From positions 4,992,001 through 5,056,000 of the forward strand of contig OZ253462.1 in assembly GCA_965261395.1 (NCBI GenBank): a stretch of DNA of 64,000 nt, given 5' to 3'. The translations under genes and the position numbers were made by a program. Source of the stretch: Candidatus Latescibacterota bacterium. GTDB taxonomy: Bacteria > Latescibacterota > UBA2968 > UBA8231. Shown in pieces: positions 28,990 to 39,030 of the stretch. The stretch's first letter is position 1. Each line of letters starts with the position of its first letter. The notes beneath the pieces were generated by a model, which did not search any database, had not been told where the DNA came from, and saw nothing but the letters and a program-made list of their open reading frames with translations.

Positions 28990-30516
28990 TTAATTGCGGC
29001 TTCCCCGAGCAGCTTCCCCCTCGTCCATAGCGACAAGTTCGAGTGTGGTCGTCTGATAATGACCGAGTAAAATCACGTCTGTCGGGCTTATAAATTCCTG
29101 TCGGATGGGTCTCTTCTCACTATTCCGCACAACATAACTACCATTTTTGCTGGAACAATCGGTGAGATAGTACGAGCCGCTTGGCGTCATAATCAGTTCG
29201 GCGTGGAGACGAGAGATCGAACGATCATTAATCTGAATGTCTACGCTCGGGCCATACCCGATTCGGTACACGGAAAAATTCGCTTGGCCTATAGCATCAA
29301 CCCGGCTTGGTTCGGACGCGGACGCCACGAATACCAAATTGCCCAGCGCAACTTTGGCACCATAGGCCAACCGCGTCGGCTTAAAGGGCTTCTTCAGACG
29401 CTTCCCGTTGAGAAACGTCCCATTGAGGGAGTTCAAATCTTCAACGTAAAACTTATCGCCCTTGGCGACAATTCGCAGATGCCGTCGGGATACCGTTTCA
29501 TCCGCGACGATTTCATCCACCAAATTGTGATGCCGACCCAGGGAAAGCCCCAAGCGTTGAGCGGCAAATCGGGCGAACGGCAACTCAATGCGGACATGGT
29601 TGCCGCGACCGTCAGAACCGTCCAGCACGAGGCCATATTCCGGTGCTTTTGCAACAGGCCTTATCCCTATGCGCCGACTCACCTGCTGGACGAACTGGAG
29701 CGGCTTCTCTAAGCCAACTACAACTACCAAAGCGACCAATACCACACCACCCAACAATAGCAGCCAGACGAGAGCCGCTCCCCAATTGCCGCCCTCTGAC
29801 TGAAAATCAATGTCATGGTCGTCCAACAGGTTTACCAATTCCCCTATATGAGAAGACAGGTATATGCCCACTGCTTTGGGCACCCGCTTCTTCTTGCCGG
29901 CTGGAGTGGTAATGTAGACGAGAGACGCCTGCGTATTGACGCCGATTACCCGGCCATAATCATCTAGTAAGGGGCCACCGCTGTTACCCGGATTGACCGC
30001 CGCATCGTGCTGAATAATCGTAAATTTTTTCGTGTACCCCCGTTCGTTCCACGAGCCATTATAAATTTCCCCAACGACGCCCTTATGCACGCTCGGATCG
30101 CGAGCCGGTCTGTTGCGGTCAGCCTCACTTGGATAGCCTATGGACCATACCTCTTGGCCTATTATGGGGAGTGCGAGCGAAAGCGTAATCGGCGGTAGGG
30201 TTATATCTGGACTATAGGCAATTGCGAGGTCCAGTTCGCGGGATATGGCAACTACTTCCACATCGTATCGCTTGCTAGAGTTTGCTGGGATGGCTTTGAT
30301 CGAATTGGCGTCGGCTATGACGTGGTAATTGGTCGCAATATAGCCTTGGTCGTTGATGGCGAATCCAGTACCAGCACGGGACTTTTGGCTGGTCTGGGTT
30401 ACGATGCGTACCACGCTCTTCTTAAGCGCGGTAAAGTCTGGCTGGGCAACGGCGCGGCACGGCAGCAGGAGAGCAAAAAGAAAAAAGACGAGACACCTGC
30501 GTCTGAAACTGTGCAA
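28990..30516 (-). CDS. Trypsin-like serine protease - TM - FHA - FHA protein
   Basis: Signal peptide, TNYHV, DLA, GNSGGP; GR..VSRRH..DLNSLNGT; second FHA ISRLHA..SKNGS. Confidence 0.88.
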   Translation of the reverse strand: MHSFRRRCLVFFLFALLLPCRAVAQPDFTALKKSVVRIVTQTSQKSRAGTGFAINDQGYIATNYHVIADANSIKAIPANSSKRYDVEVVAISRELDLAIAYSPDITLPPITLSLALPIIGQEVWSIGYPSEADRNRPARDPSVHKGVVGEIYNGSWNERGYTKKFTIIQHDAAVNPGNSGGPLLDDYGRVIGVNTQASLVYITTPAGKKKRVPKAVGIYLSSHIGELVNLLDDHDIDFQSEGGNWGAALVWLLLLGGVVLVALVVVVGLEKPLQFVQQVSRRIGIRPVAKAPEYGLVLDGSDGRGNHVRIELPFARFAAQRLGLSLGRHHNLVDEIVADETVSRRHLRIVAKGDKFYVEDLNSLNGTFLNGKRLKKPFKPTRLAYGAKVALGNLVFVASASEPSRVDAIGQANFSVYRIGYGPSVDIQINDRSISRLHAELIMTPSGSYYLTDCSSKNGSYVVRNSEKRPIRQEFISPTDVILLGHYQTTTLELVAMDEGEAARGSRN

Positions 30517-30519
30517 TGT

Positions 30520-30659
30520 TCACTCCTGAATTAAACTTACGGTAAAAACGACTGACCCAATCTCAAGCCGATCATTGTTTTGCAACAGCCCTGCTCACGG
30601 GGGTTGAGCAAGCGGCCATTCACCTTTGCACCATTCAGGGCATTCAAATCCTCTGCGTA
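30520..30659 (-). pseudogene. Frameshifted C-terminal FHA-domain remnant
   Basis: YAEDLNALNGAKVNGRLLNPREQ, then in another frame LLQNNDRLEIGSVVFTVSLIQE*. Confidence 0.6.
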
Positions 30660-30687
30660 GCCTGTGTGTTGCCCCTAACACTCATCC

Positions 30688-31485
30688 CTAATCTGAGTCC
30701 CCATCAGCTTGTGGCGCATACAGCAACACGGTCACATTGTCCTGATAGGGATGTCCAGCCGCTTCCACGGCTTGGATAAGGGCTTTGACGCTATCTTCCA
30801 ATGGCGCGTCCTGCTTTTCCTGCAAGATACGTGCGATCTTTGGCTTGTCTAAGGTCAGCAAACCATCGCTCGCCAATACCACTAGGTCGCCTTTTTCCAC
30901 CGCTACCGGCTGCCCCGACTCGTTGATCATCTCTATGCGGTCGCCCATGACCGCCGAGTTGAGCATATTCCGCCTTGGATCCTGCTCGGCCTCTTCCGCA
31001 GTCATGCGCCCCTCCGCCACGAGCTCGTCCAACTCCGACGCCATAGAATGATCGGCATTCAACCGCTTCAATTGCCCCTCATGGAACAACCACAACGGCG
31101 AATCGCCCACGCTAATCCAGTTCAGCCCTTCACTCGAAACAACAGCCGCGACCAAGGTCGAACCCATGCTAGCGAGTGCGGGGTTTTTAGCCACTTCCGC
31201 GGCAATAGCTGCGTTGGCCTTGCGGAGGCAGTGGTGGAGCCGATCGACGATAGAGCCAGAAGCCCGCGGATACTCCTTATATTCCTTGACAAAGGTCTTG
31301 CACAAAAGATCACTAGCCTCCGCACCGCCCACGTGGCCACCCATGCCATCGGCGACCAACAACAGGGCATGTTCTCCGTCGTCTAGGCCGAGATCGCGCT
31401 CATCCTTCGGGTAGTAGTTATCCTCTTGACGCTTCCGTTGGCCGAGAAGTTGATCTTTGGCAAAGCGCCCATCTAATACGTTCAT
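30688..31485 (-). CDS. PP2C/PPM-family Ser/Thr phosphatase
   Basis: RKRQED, VADGMGGHVGG, MGSTL, VGDS, ASDGL, QDNVT. Confidence 0.92.
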   Translation of the reverse strand: MNVLDGRFAKDQLLGQRKRQEDNYYPKDERDLGLDDGEHALLLVADGMGGHVGGAEASDLLCKTFVKEYKEYPRASGSIVDRLHHCLRKANAAIAAEVAKNPALASMGSTLVAAVVSSEGLNWISVGDSPLWLFHEGQLKRLNADHSMASELDELVAEGRMTAEEAEQDPRRNMLNSAVMGDRIEMINESGQPVAVEKGDLVVLASDGLLTLDKPKIARILQEKQDAPLEDSVKALIQAVEAAGHPYQDNVTVLLYAPQADGDSD

Positions 31486-31498
31486 TCTCCGCCCCACG

Positions 31499-32461
31499 TC
31501 ACACCGCCACATTATTCCGCGGCCGCCCCTCCAAAAACGCAATCACATTATCCACCGCGCCCTCGTTCAGCAAATCCACCCCCTCGGGCGTCTGATCCGC
31601 TGCATGAGGCGTCAGCGCCACCTGATCGCAATCGAGGATGGGATCGTCGCTTGGCAGTGGCTCCTGTGAAAACACGTCCAGTCCGGCCCCGCCCAAATGC
31701 CCGGACAACAGGGCATCGCGCAAGGCGTTGATGTCCAGCACATCGCCGCGCGCGCCGTTCAACACCAACGCCCCCTCCTTCATCAGGCCAAACTCACGCG
31801 CCCCGAGCAAATGCCGAGTATCCTCGGTCAACTGCACGTGCAGGCTGACCACATCCGCCGCCTGCAACAGCTCGTCGAGTTCGACGAAGCGCACCCCGTA
31901 TTCGGCTGCGCGCTGCGGTGACGGATTGAAGGTCCACGCGATGACCTCCATGCCAATGGCCCGCCCCAACCGCGCCATCTCCGCGCCAATCGGCCCCGTG
32001 CCCACCACGCCTAACACCTTGCCTTGCAGCATGGTGTTCATCTTGCGCGTCCAGCGGCCAGCCTTCAGCTCGGCAGTCTGGAAATAGGCGCGCTTGGACA
32101 GGGCGAACATCAGCCCGAACATGTGCTCGGCCACCACGGGCGCGGTGCGGCCGGGCTGGTTCGACACCACGATCCCGCACTCCTTGGCAATCGCCAAGTC
32201 GATCATGTCCGTGCCGATGGAACAGGTGGCAATCATCTTAAGCGCGGGCAAGCGGCGCATTTCCTCGCGCCAAGTGACGACCCCGCGCGTGTTGATAATG
32301 ATTTGTGCACCCTCGGCCCGCGCGATTTTCTCGTCCGCACTTTGCGGCGTATCATCGAAGAGGGTGATATCCCCGTAGGGAGCGAGCCGCTGCAAATGCG
32401 GCGAACCAGCGATCTGAGTTGGATTGTCGCCGGGCACTACGATCTGTACGCGTTCTGGCAT
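31499..32461 (-). CDS. D-2-hydroxyacid dehydrogenase family
   Basis: GTGPIG, LNGARG, LDVFSQEP, TPH. Confidence 0.9.
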   Translation of the reverse strand: MPERVQIVVPGDNPTQIAGSPHLQRLAPYGDITLFDDTPQSADEKIARAEGAQIIINTRGVVTWREEMRRLPALKMIATCSIGTDMIDLAIAKECGIVVSNQPGRTAPVVAEHMFGLMFALSKRAYFQTAELKAGRWTRKMNTMLQGKVLGVVGTGPIGAEMARLGRAIGMEVIAWTFNPSPQRAAEYGVRFVELDELLQAADVVSLHVQLTEDTRHLLGAREFGLMKEGALVLNGARGDVLDINALRDALLSGHLGGAGLDVFSQEPLPSDDPILDCDQVALTPHAADQTPEGVDLLNEGAVDNVIAFLEGRPRNNVAV

Positions 32462-32541
32462 GGCATATCCTCTCTGGGAAGTGTATATTTTGGCTCGCTA
32501 TAAACCCCAAAAACGCGCCCAACGTCAAGCGGAGTCGTCCC

Positions 32542-33564
32542 ATGCCCCGAGCGCTCATCGCCCCGGCCGCCGAGCAAGTGGCCTTTCAGGAATACGCATC
32601 TCCACCGCTGGCAGAAGGCCAAGTCCGCGTCAAAAGCCTGTACGCAGCCGCCAAGCACGGCACCGAAATGTCGCAGTTTAAGGGGTACGCCGGCCCGCGC
32701 GGCCGCTACGACTCCGAGCGGCGCATCTTCGACTATCAGGGTGAGGGCGTCCAATACCCCGTGCCGCTGGGCAACATGGGCGTCGGTGAAGTCGTCGAGC
32801 TAGGTCCGAGCGTCACGCAGCTCAAAGAAGGCGACCGCGTCTTTGCCTACGGGCCATTCCGCGAGGAACACGTCTGGCCCGAAACCGCGCGCCGCTTGCC
32901 CGCAGACGTACCTTGGCAAGCCGCCGTCTGCCTCGACCCAGCGGATTTTGCCCTCGGCGCAGTGCGCGACGGACACATCCGCATCGGCGACGCCGTAGCC
33001 GTCTCGGGCCTCGGAGCCATCGGCCTAATCGCCATACAATTCTGCCGCTTGGCCGGTGCCCATCCCATCATCGCCCTCGATCCGCTGGCCAACCGGCGCG
33101 AAGTGGCCCGCGCCTGCGGAGCCGATCTCGTCCTCGACCCCACCCAATGCGATGCCGGCGTGGAGATCAAGAAGGCCACCGCCAACCGTGGCGCGGACGT
33201 GATCATTGATTATAGCGGGCATCCCGCGGCCATGCAGCAAGCCCTGCGCGGGGTCGCCTACCGGGGCACGATCGTGGCCGGCGCGTATCCCGCGGCGTGG
33301 ACGACGGGCCTGGACTTGGGTGCCGAAGCCCATATGAACCGGCCGCACATCGTGTTTTCGCGTGCCAATAGCGAGCCAAACCCCGACCACCCCAATTGGG
33401 ACAACGCCCGCATCTACGATGTCTGCTGGCGCATGCTCGCTGCCGGCCAAGTCGATTGCCTGCCCATCGTGCAACCCATCGTATCCTTTGACGACCTGCT
33501 CGACGCGTACCCCCAGATCGCCACCCAACCCGAAACAAACATCAAGCTCGGCGTCCAGTTTTAA
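32542..33564 (+). CDS. Zinc-binding-type dehydrogenase (YcjQ-like)
   Basis: KHGTE, LGNMGVG, GLGAIG, GADVIID. Confidence 0.85.
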   Translation: MPRALIAPAAEQVAFQEYASPPLAEGQVRVKSLYAAAKHGTEMSQFKGYAGPRGRYDSERRIFDYQGEGVQYPVPLGNMGVGEVVELGPSVTQLKEGDRVFAYGPFREEHVWPETARRLPADVPWQAAVCLDPADFALGAVRDGHIRIGDAVAVSGLGAIGLIAIQFCRLAGAHPIIALDPLANRREVARACGADLVLDPTQCDAGVEIKKATANRGADVIIDYSGHPAAMQQALRGVAYRGTIVAGAYPAAWTTGLDLGAEAHMNRPHIVFSRANSEPNPDHPNWDNARIYDVCWRMLAAGQVDCLPIVQPIVSFDDLLDAYPQIATQPETNIKLGVQF

Positions 33565-33591
33565 CGCTGGACCGCCAGAAGAAAGGACGCC

Positions 33592-34395
33592 ATGAAAATT
33601 GCCTTACAGGAAGGTCTGCTGCCCGGAGAAAGCCTCGCGGAAAAGCTCGACTTCGCCGAATCGCTCGCCATCGAAGGGCTAGAGGTCAGCGGCGGCTCGC
33701 GCCTGTACGACCACGTCGAAAAATACGAACAGGCCCTCGCTGGCCGCTCCATCAAGATCGCTTCCATCTGCGGCCAAGAGACCTTTGACTGGCTCGACCC
33801 AGACCCGCGCAAGCGAGCCAACAGCCTCGCCGAGACCCGCCGCCAGCTAGCAGCCTGCGGGCACTTCCAAGCCGCCGGCCAGATCGTCCCCCCCATCTTT
33901 GGGCCGCCGCGCATCCCCGACCTTTCGCCGCTCCGAGACGCCATTTCCCTAGAGAAGGCCCTGCTCGTCGAACTGGTTAAAGACCTCGCCGCTTGGGCGG
34001 CTAGCAAGGGCACCCTGCTCCTTTTGGAACCCCTCAACCGCTACGAGCAACACCTCTTGCGCCGCCAAGCCGACGGCGTCGAAATCATCGAACGCGCCGG
34101 CAGCCCCCAAGGCGTGGCCCTGCTCAGCGACTTCTTCCACATGCACATCGAAGAGACCGACACCCCCGCCGCCTTCCGCCAAGCGGGCCGCCACGTCGCC
34201 CACGTCCACATGGCAGACAACACGCGCATGCAGCCGGGCACCGGCGACATTGATTGGCGTGCTGGCTTACAGGCCCTCAAGGACATCGGCTTTAGCGGGT
34301 ATCTGGCCTACGAGTGCGGCATCGCAGGCGAGCGCCAGGAAGCACTCAAAAAGTCGGTACAATTCGTGCGCGAAACCATCGCCCAACTCGACTAA
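33592..34395 (+). CDS. Sugar phosphate isomerase/epimerase (YcjR-like)
   Basis: LEPLNRYE, DFFHMHIEE, HMADN, PGTG. Confidence 0.88.
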   Translation: MKIALQEGLLPGESLAEKLDFAESLAIEGLEVSGGSRLYDHVEKYEQALAGRSIKIASICGQETFDWLDPDPRKRANSLAETRRQLAACGHFQAAGQIVPPIFGPPRIPDLSPLRDAISLEKALLVELVKDLAAWAASKGTLLLLEPLNRYEQHLLRRQADGVEIIERAGSPQGVALLSDFFHMHIEETDTPAAFRQAGRHVAHVHMADNTRMQPGTGDIDWRAGLQALKDIGFSGYLAYECGIAGERQEALKKSVQFVRETIAQLD

Positions 34396-34396
34396 C

Positions 34397-36487
34397 ATGA
34401 GCGAAATTGCCCCACTACCCGAGTACGAGCGTCCCGAGCTCTACATCAACCGCGAACTCTCGTGGCTGGACTTCAACGCCCGCGTGCTCGAAGAGGCCCA
34501 AGACGAGCGCAATCCCCTGCTAGAGCGCGTCAAGTTCATGGCCATAGTCGCCAGCAATCTCGACGAGTTCTATGAAATTCGGGTAGCCGGCTTGCTGCAA
34601 TTGCACGAGTCGGAAGCCAATCCCAAGCGCCCCGACGGCCTGACCCCGGCCGAACAACTCGAGCGCATCGCCCAACAAGCCCACGAGCAGGTCTCCGAAC
34701 AGTATCGCTGCTGGAACGAGGACCTCATCCCGGCCCTAGCCACCGAGGGCATCCACCTGTGGGAAGCGCGCCGACTCAAAGACGAGCACCTCGACTTCGT
34801 GCGTCAGTACTGGGAGGAAGAGCTCGAACCGATCCTCACGCCCATTGTCGTCGATCCAGCCCATCCCTTCCCCCACGTGCTCAACAAGGCCCTCTGTATC
34901 GGTGCCTTGCTCGAAGAACAGGGGCAGACGATGATGGGTGTGGCGACTGTGCCGCGAGTACTGCCGCGCATCTTGCGCCTGCCCGACCAAGGCGACGGCC
35001 TCCATTTTGTGACCTTGGCCGGGATCATGGACTTGCAAGTCAACGAGCTATTTTTCGGCTACGAAGTCCTCGGCTCGGCCCCGTTCCGCATCACCCGCAA
35101 CAGCGAGCTGTACGTCAACGAAGAAGACGCCGACAATTTGCTGGAAGAAATCGAGGAGCAGGTCACCAAGCAGCGCCAAGCCGACGCCGTGCGGCTAGAA
35201 ATCGCTCCGGGCGCGCCCGACCCGCTAGTATCGCTTTTGCAACAGCAGTTCGACCTCGACGACAGCCTAGTCTTTCGGGTCAATGGGCCGGTCAACCTCC
35301 ATCGGGTTATGACCCTTTATGGCCTAGTCTCGCGCCCCGCACTCAAGGACACCCCTTTCACACCTGTCGAGCGCGATTTCCCCCAAGACCCCGACGCCTT
35401 CTTCGACTCCATCCGCGCCGGCGATATTCTCCTGCACCACCCCTACGAGTCGTTTTCTACGGTGATCGACTTCATCCGCATGGCGGCTATCGATCCCAAA
35501 GTGCTGGCTATTAAACAAACTATCTACCGCACGGGCGACGATTCAGAGGTCGGGCAGGCGCTCATCGACGCGGCCGAGCGCGGCAAGGAAGTGACCGTGC
35601 TCGTCGAGCTGAAGGCCCGCGGCGACGAAGCGGCCAACATCGAGTGGGCCAAGCGCCTCGAAGACAGCGGCATCCACGTGATCTATGGCATCATGGGCCT
35701 GAAGACCCATTGCAAGCTCTCGATGCTGGTGCGCCGCGATCAAGATCGCCTGCGCCGCTACGCCCACTTGGGCACCGGCAATTACAATCACACCACCGCG
35801 CGGCTCTATACGGATCTGGGGCTGATTACCGCGGAGCCAACGATCACCGCGGAGGTGGCCGAGGTCTTCAACATGCTCACCGCTCACAGCCGCATCCGTC
35901 AATTCGAAAAACTGCTAGTCGCCCCCTCCGGGCTGATGCAGGGCATGCTCGACCGCATCGAGCGCGAAAGCGAACACGCCCGCGCCGGCCGGCCGGCCGC
36001 CATTATCGCCAAGATGAACGGCCTCATGGATCCGGCCATCATCAAGGCCCTGTACGAAGCCTCGCAGGCCGGCGTTGAGATCAATCTGATCGTGCGCGGT
36101 ATCTGCTGCTTGCGCGCCGGTCTCGACCGCATCAGTGAGAACATCCGCGTGTACAGCATCATTGGCCGCTTCTTAGAGCACAGCCGGGTCTTTTACTTTG
36201 CCAACGGCGGCGACGAGGAAGTCTGGCTCGGCAGCGCGGACTGGATGAATCGCAACTTGCGCGGCCGGGTCGAAGTAGTCTTCCCCATCTTGGACCAAGG
36301 CCTAAAGCGGCGCATCTATCGCGAGTTGCTCGCGCTCGCGCTCACCGACCGCGCTAAGTCTCGGCAGATGCACCCAGACGGCACGTACGTCCGCCGCCAA
36401 CCCGAGTGCGGCACCCCGGGTCACAGCATGCAAGAGCTGCTCATGCGCACGGCCCTCGGTGAGGACATCGATGTCCTAGAGAGTTAG
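34397..36487 (+). CDS. ppk1: Polyphosphate kinase 1
   Basis: INRELSWLDFNARV, HPFP, LHHPYESF, KTHCK, GTGNYN, GRFLEHSR, SADWM. Confidence 0.96.
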   Translation: MSEIAPLPEYERPELYINRELSWLDFNARVLEEAQDERNPLLERVKFMAIVASNLDEFYEIRVAGLLQLHESEANPKRPDGLTPAEQLERIAQQAHEQVSEQYRCWNEDLIPALATEGIHLWEARRLKDEHLDFVRQYWEEELEPILTPIVVDPAHPFPHVLNKALCIGALLEEQGQTMMGVATVPRVLPRILRLPDQGDGLHFVTLAGIMDLQVNELFFGYEVLGSAPFRITRNSELYVNEEDADNLLEEIEEQVTKQRQADAVRLEIAPGAPDPLVSLLQQQFDLDDSLVFRVNGPVNLHRVMTLYGLVSRPALKDTPFTPVERDFPQDPDAFFDSIRAGDILLHHPYESFSTVIDFIRMAAIDPKVLAIKQTIYRTGDDSEVGQALIDAAERGKEVTVLVELKARGDEAANIEWAKRLEDSGIHVIYGIMGLKTHCKLSMLVRRDQDRLRRYAHLGTGNYNHTTARLYTDLGLITAEPTITAEVAEVFNMLTAHSRIRQFEKLLVAPSGLMQGMLDRIERESEHARAGRPAAIIAKMNGLMDPAIIKALYEASQAGVEINLIVRGICCLRAGLDRISENIRVYSIIGRFLEHSRVFYFANGGDEEVWLGSADWMNRNLRGRVEVVFPILDQGLKRRIYRELLALALTDRAKSRQMHPDGTYVRRQPECGTPGHSMQELLMRTALGEDIDVLES

Positions 36488-36522
36488 AGGCAAGGAACCC
36501 GATGCACGATCATTGCGTTAAG

Positions 36523-36550
36523 GTAGGGGCGACCGGCCGGTCGCCCCTAC
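36523..36550. repeat. GTAG-type REP-like perfect palindrome
   Basis: GTAGGGGCGACCGGCCGGTCGCCCCTAC. Confidence 0.8.
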
Positions 36551-36576
36551 CTAGAGAATTAAAAGAAAGAGACTCG

Positions 36577-38073
36577 ATGCACGACCTGCTCGCAGAAATA
36601 AATTCGCCAATCCTAGACGACATCCACCGCATCGGCATCGTTTTGGCCGCTGGCCACGGCAAGCGCATCCGCTCGGAGACCTCCAAGATGCTGCACGAAA
36701 TTTGGGGCCAGCCAACGGCCGTGCGCGTGGCCCGCGCCGTGCAAGAGGGCCTCGACAGCCCCAATCAGGTCATCATCGTGGGCATCAAGGGCGCGGACGT
36801 CGCCCGCGCAGCCGGCCCCCAACCGGGGCGTCTTTTCGCGTATCAAGCAAACCCGGTCCTCGGCCGACCGGCCGGAACCGGCGACGCCGTGCGCGTCGGC
36901 CTCCAAGCTTTCCCCGCTACGGCGACCGACCGCGACGTGTACATCTTTTTAGGGGATATGGGCTTGTTGACCGGGCAGGTCGTCGCCCACTTCCGCGCCA
37001 GCTTTGACAACGCCGACTGCGACATGATGGTGCTCACCGGCCTGTACAGCGGCCCAGCCGAGACCAATTCCTACGGTCGCATCGTGCGCGTGCCAGCCAC
37101 CGACTCCTCGGGGCAGCCAGCGGGCGCAGACCGCGACAAGGTTATTGAGATCAGGGAGCACAAGGACATCCTCAGCCTCGATGCAGCAACGCCCTACGAG
37201 GCCACTTACAACGGCCGCACCTATACCTTCACGCGCCAAGAGCTGTTGGAAACGCGCGAGATCAACACCGGCGTCTTCGCCTTCAGAGAAAGCGCGCTGC
37301 GGACGTACATCCAACACCTCGACACCGACAATGCCCAAGGCGAGCTGCTGTTGACCGACTTGGTGCAAATCTTCAATCAGCACCAGCTCGTGGTGCGAGC
37401 GGCCACGGCCGACAGCGAAGAGGAACTCCTCGCCTTCAACGTCAAAAGCGTCTGGCATCAGATGCAGACCATAGCCCGCCGCTGGGCCTATGAAAAGCTC
37501 AAGGACACCATCACCATCGCCGACGAGGAGGACTTCTTCATCGCCGACGAGGTCATCGAGCAGATCCTCAACATGGACGCGGAGCGCGGCCCCTTGGACA
37601 TCGTCATCGGCAAGGGCACCTATATCGGTCCCGAGGTCCAACTCAACCGCCGAGTCGCCATCGGCGACCGCAGCCATTTGAGCGGCCACGTGGTGCTAGG
37701 CGAGGGGGTACAAATCGGCGTCGGCGTCGAGCTGAGTACCTACCCAGGGCAAACCCTCTTCTTGGACGACGAGGTCGAAGTGCTCAGCCGCAATATCATC
37801 AAGGGGAACCTGCGGATTGGCGCGCACAGCCGCATCGAATCTGGCGTGCTGATGACCGGCAGCGACGAACACCCCATGCGCGTGGGCGAGCGCGTAACCA
37901 TCAAGGGCACCAGCTACCTCTACGGCTGCCAAATCGACGACGACCTGCTGATCGAGCACTCCGTCATCAAGTGCAAGCGTGTCGAACAGGCGCGCCGCCG
38001 CGACGGCACCATCCAGCCCATCCGCTATGTCCTGCCTCAGCCCGAGGGCCTCGACTCCATCGCCGATCTATGA
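36577..38073 (+). CDS. GlmU-like nucleotidyltransferase with left-handed beta-helix C-terminus
   Basis: LAAGHGKR, GTGDAV, YGRIVR, EINTG, NAQGELLLTD, hexapeptide repeats. Confidence 0.75.
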   Translation: MHDLLAEINSPILDDIHRIGIVLAAGHGKRIRSETSKMLHEIWGQPTAVRVARAVQEGLDSPNQVIIVGIKGADVARAAGPQPGRLFAYQANPVLGRPAGTGDAVRVGLQAFPATATDRDVYIFLGDMGLLTGQVVAHFRASFDNADCDMMVLTGLYSGPAETNSYGRIVRVPATDSSGQPAGADRDKVIEIREHKDILSLDAATPYEATYNGRTYTFTRQELLETREINTGVFAFRESALRTYIQHLDTDNAQGELLLTDLVQIFNQHQLVVRAATADSEEELLAFNVKSVWHQMQTIARRWAYEKLKDTITIADEEDFFIADEVIEQILNMDAERGPLDIVIGKGTYIGPEVQLNRRVAIGDRSHLSGHVVLGEGVQIGVGVELSTYPGQTLFLDDEVEVLSRNIIKGNLRIGAHSRIESGVLMTGSDEHPMRVGERVTIKGTSYLYGCQIDDDLLIEHSVIKCKRVEQARRRDGTIQPIRYVLPQPEGLDSIADL

Positions 38074-38988
38074 GCGCTCGGCTCCCATAGCCCCCAGCAG
38101 CGACTTGGCGACCTTGCAGACCATCGTATAGGCCGGGTCGTACACGTTCCCCATATCGTATTCCACGCACTGCCCCAAGAGCGCGTGGGCGCTCAACGCG
38201 GTCATCCCGTAGTCTTCGATAAGCCAGTTGACCAACTCGCTGGTAGCGTGCTGTACGCATTGGTCCAAGGGACGCGCATTGCCGGCCGCGAGAATGTGCG
38301 TGGCGTTTTCAGCGCGGGGCCAGCCGATCTGCTTGCCTTTGATCACATCTACCCTAAACGTCGCGTCAAAGGAAATTTCTACACCCGTGCCGACAATTTC
38401 GCCGTCGCCCTGGATGGCGTGTCCGTCGCCTAGGTGGAAGAGTGCTCCCGGGGCCGCGACCGGCAGATAGACAGTCACGCCCGCGACAAAGCCTCGGTAG
38501 TCCATGTTGCCGCCGTGGGTCGAAGAGGTCGCTGTGGAAATGGCCTGACCGCGCGGCGGGGCCACTCCGAAACAGCCCAGCATTGGGTTGAGGGGCAGCA
38601 CCAAGCCCGGCAGGACATCCGGCTGCGTTGCCGTGCCCGCCGCTAGGTCAATCGGCCACCGGAGCGGTTGGTCGTCGCGCTCAATGCCGGTTGTAAAACC
38701 CGGGTCCAGCACGTTGGGCGCGATTTCCTTGGCCGTCCAGCCCCAGTCGCGGTTGGGGTAGAGCTTGTCGAAGTGGACGACCAAGGTATCGCCCGGCTCG
38801 GCTCCCTCTATGTAGAAAGGACCCGTCATCGGGTTGCCGCGCTCCGTGACCCGCTCGCCGTGCTGGTCTTGGCCGCGGGCGTCAACTGTGGTGGTAGAAA
38901 CCGTATCGCCGGGGGCGATGGCCAACACGGGCTCGTGCCAGCCGATGGTAGTGTGGTAGTGGGTGGGGGTGAATTCGTGATGAGCCAT
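38068..38988 (-). CDS. Acetamidase/formamidase family protein
   Basis: TGPFYIEGAEPGD, GGNMD, GDGHAIQGDGE. Confidence 0.9.
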   Translation of the reverse strand: MAHHEFTPTHYHTTIGWHEPVLAIAPGDTVSTTTVDARGQDQHGERVTERGNPMTGPFYIEGAEPGDTLVVHFDKLYPNRDWGWTAKEIAPNVLDPGFTTGIERDDQPLRWPIDLAAGTATQPDVLPGLVLPLNPMLGCFGVAPPRGQAISTATSSTHGGNMDYRGFVAGVTVYLPVAAPGALFHLGDGHAIQGDGEIVGTGVEISFDATFRVDVIKGKQIGWPRAENATHILAAGNARPLDQCVQHATSELVNWLIEDYGMTALSAHALLGQCVEYDMGNVYDPAYTMVCKVAKSLLGAMGAERS

Positions 38989-39030
38989 AAGACCTCGCAG
39001 AAGGTGTGGAGTGCATGGGAATTTGCAAAG

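Noticed and set aside
36502-36576. N-terminal extension VGATGRSPL of the GlmU-like ORF
   Set aside because: Translation of the REP palindrome; the real start is at 36577
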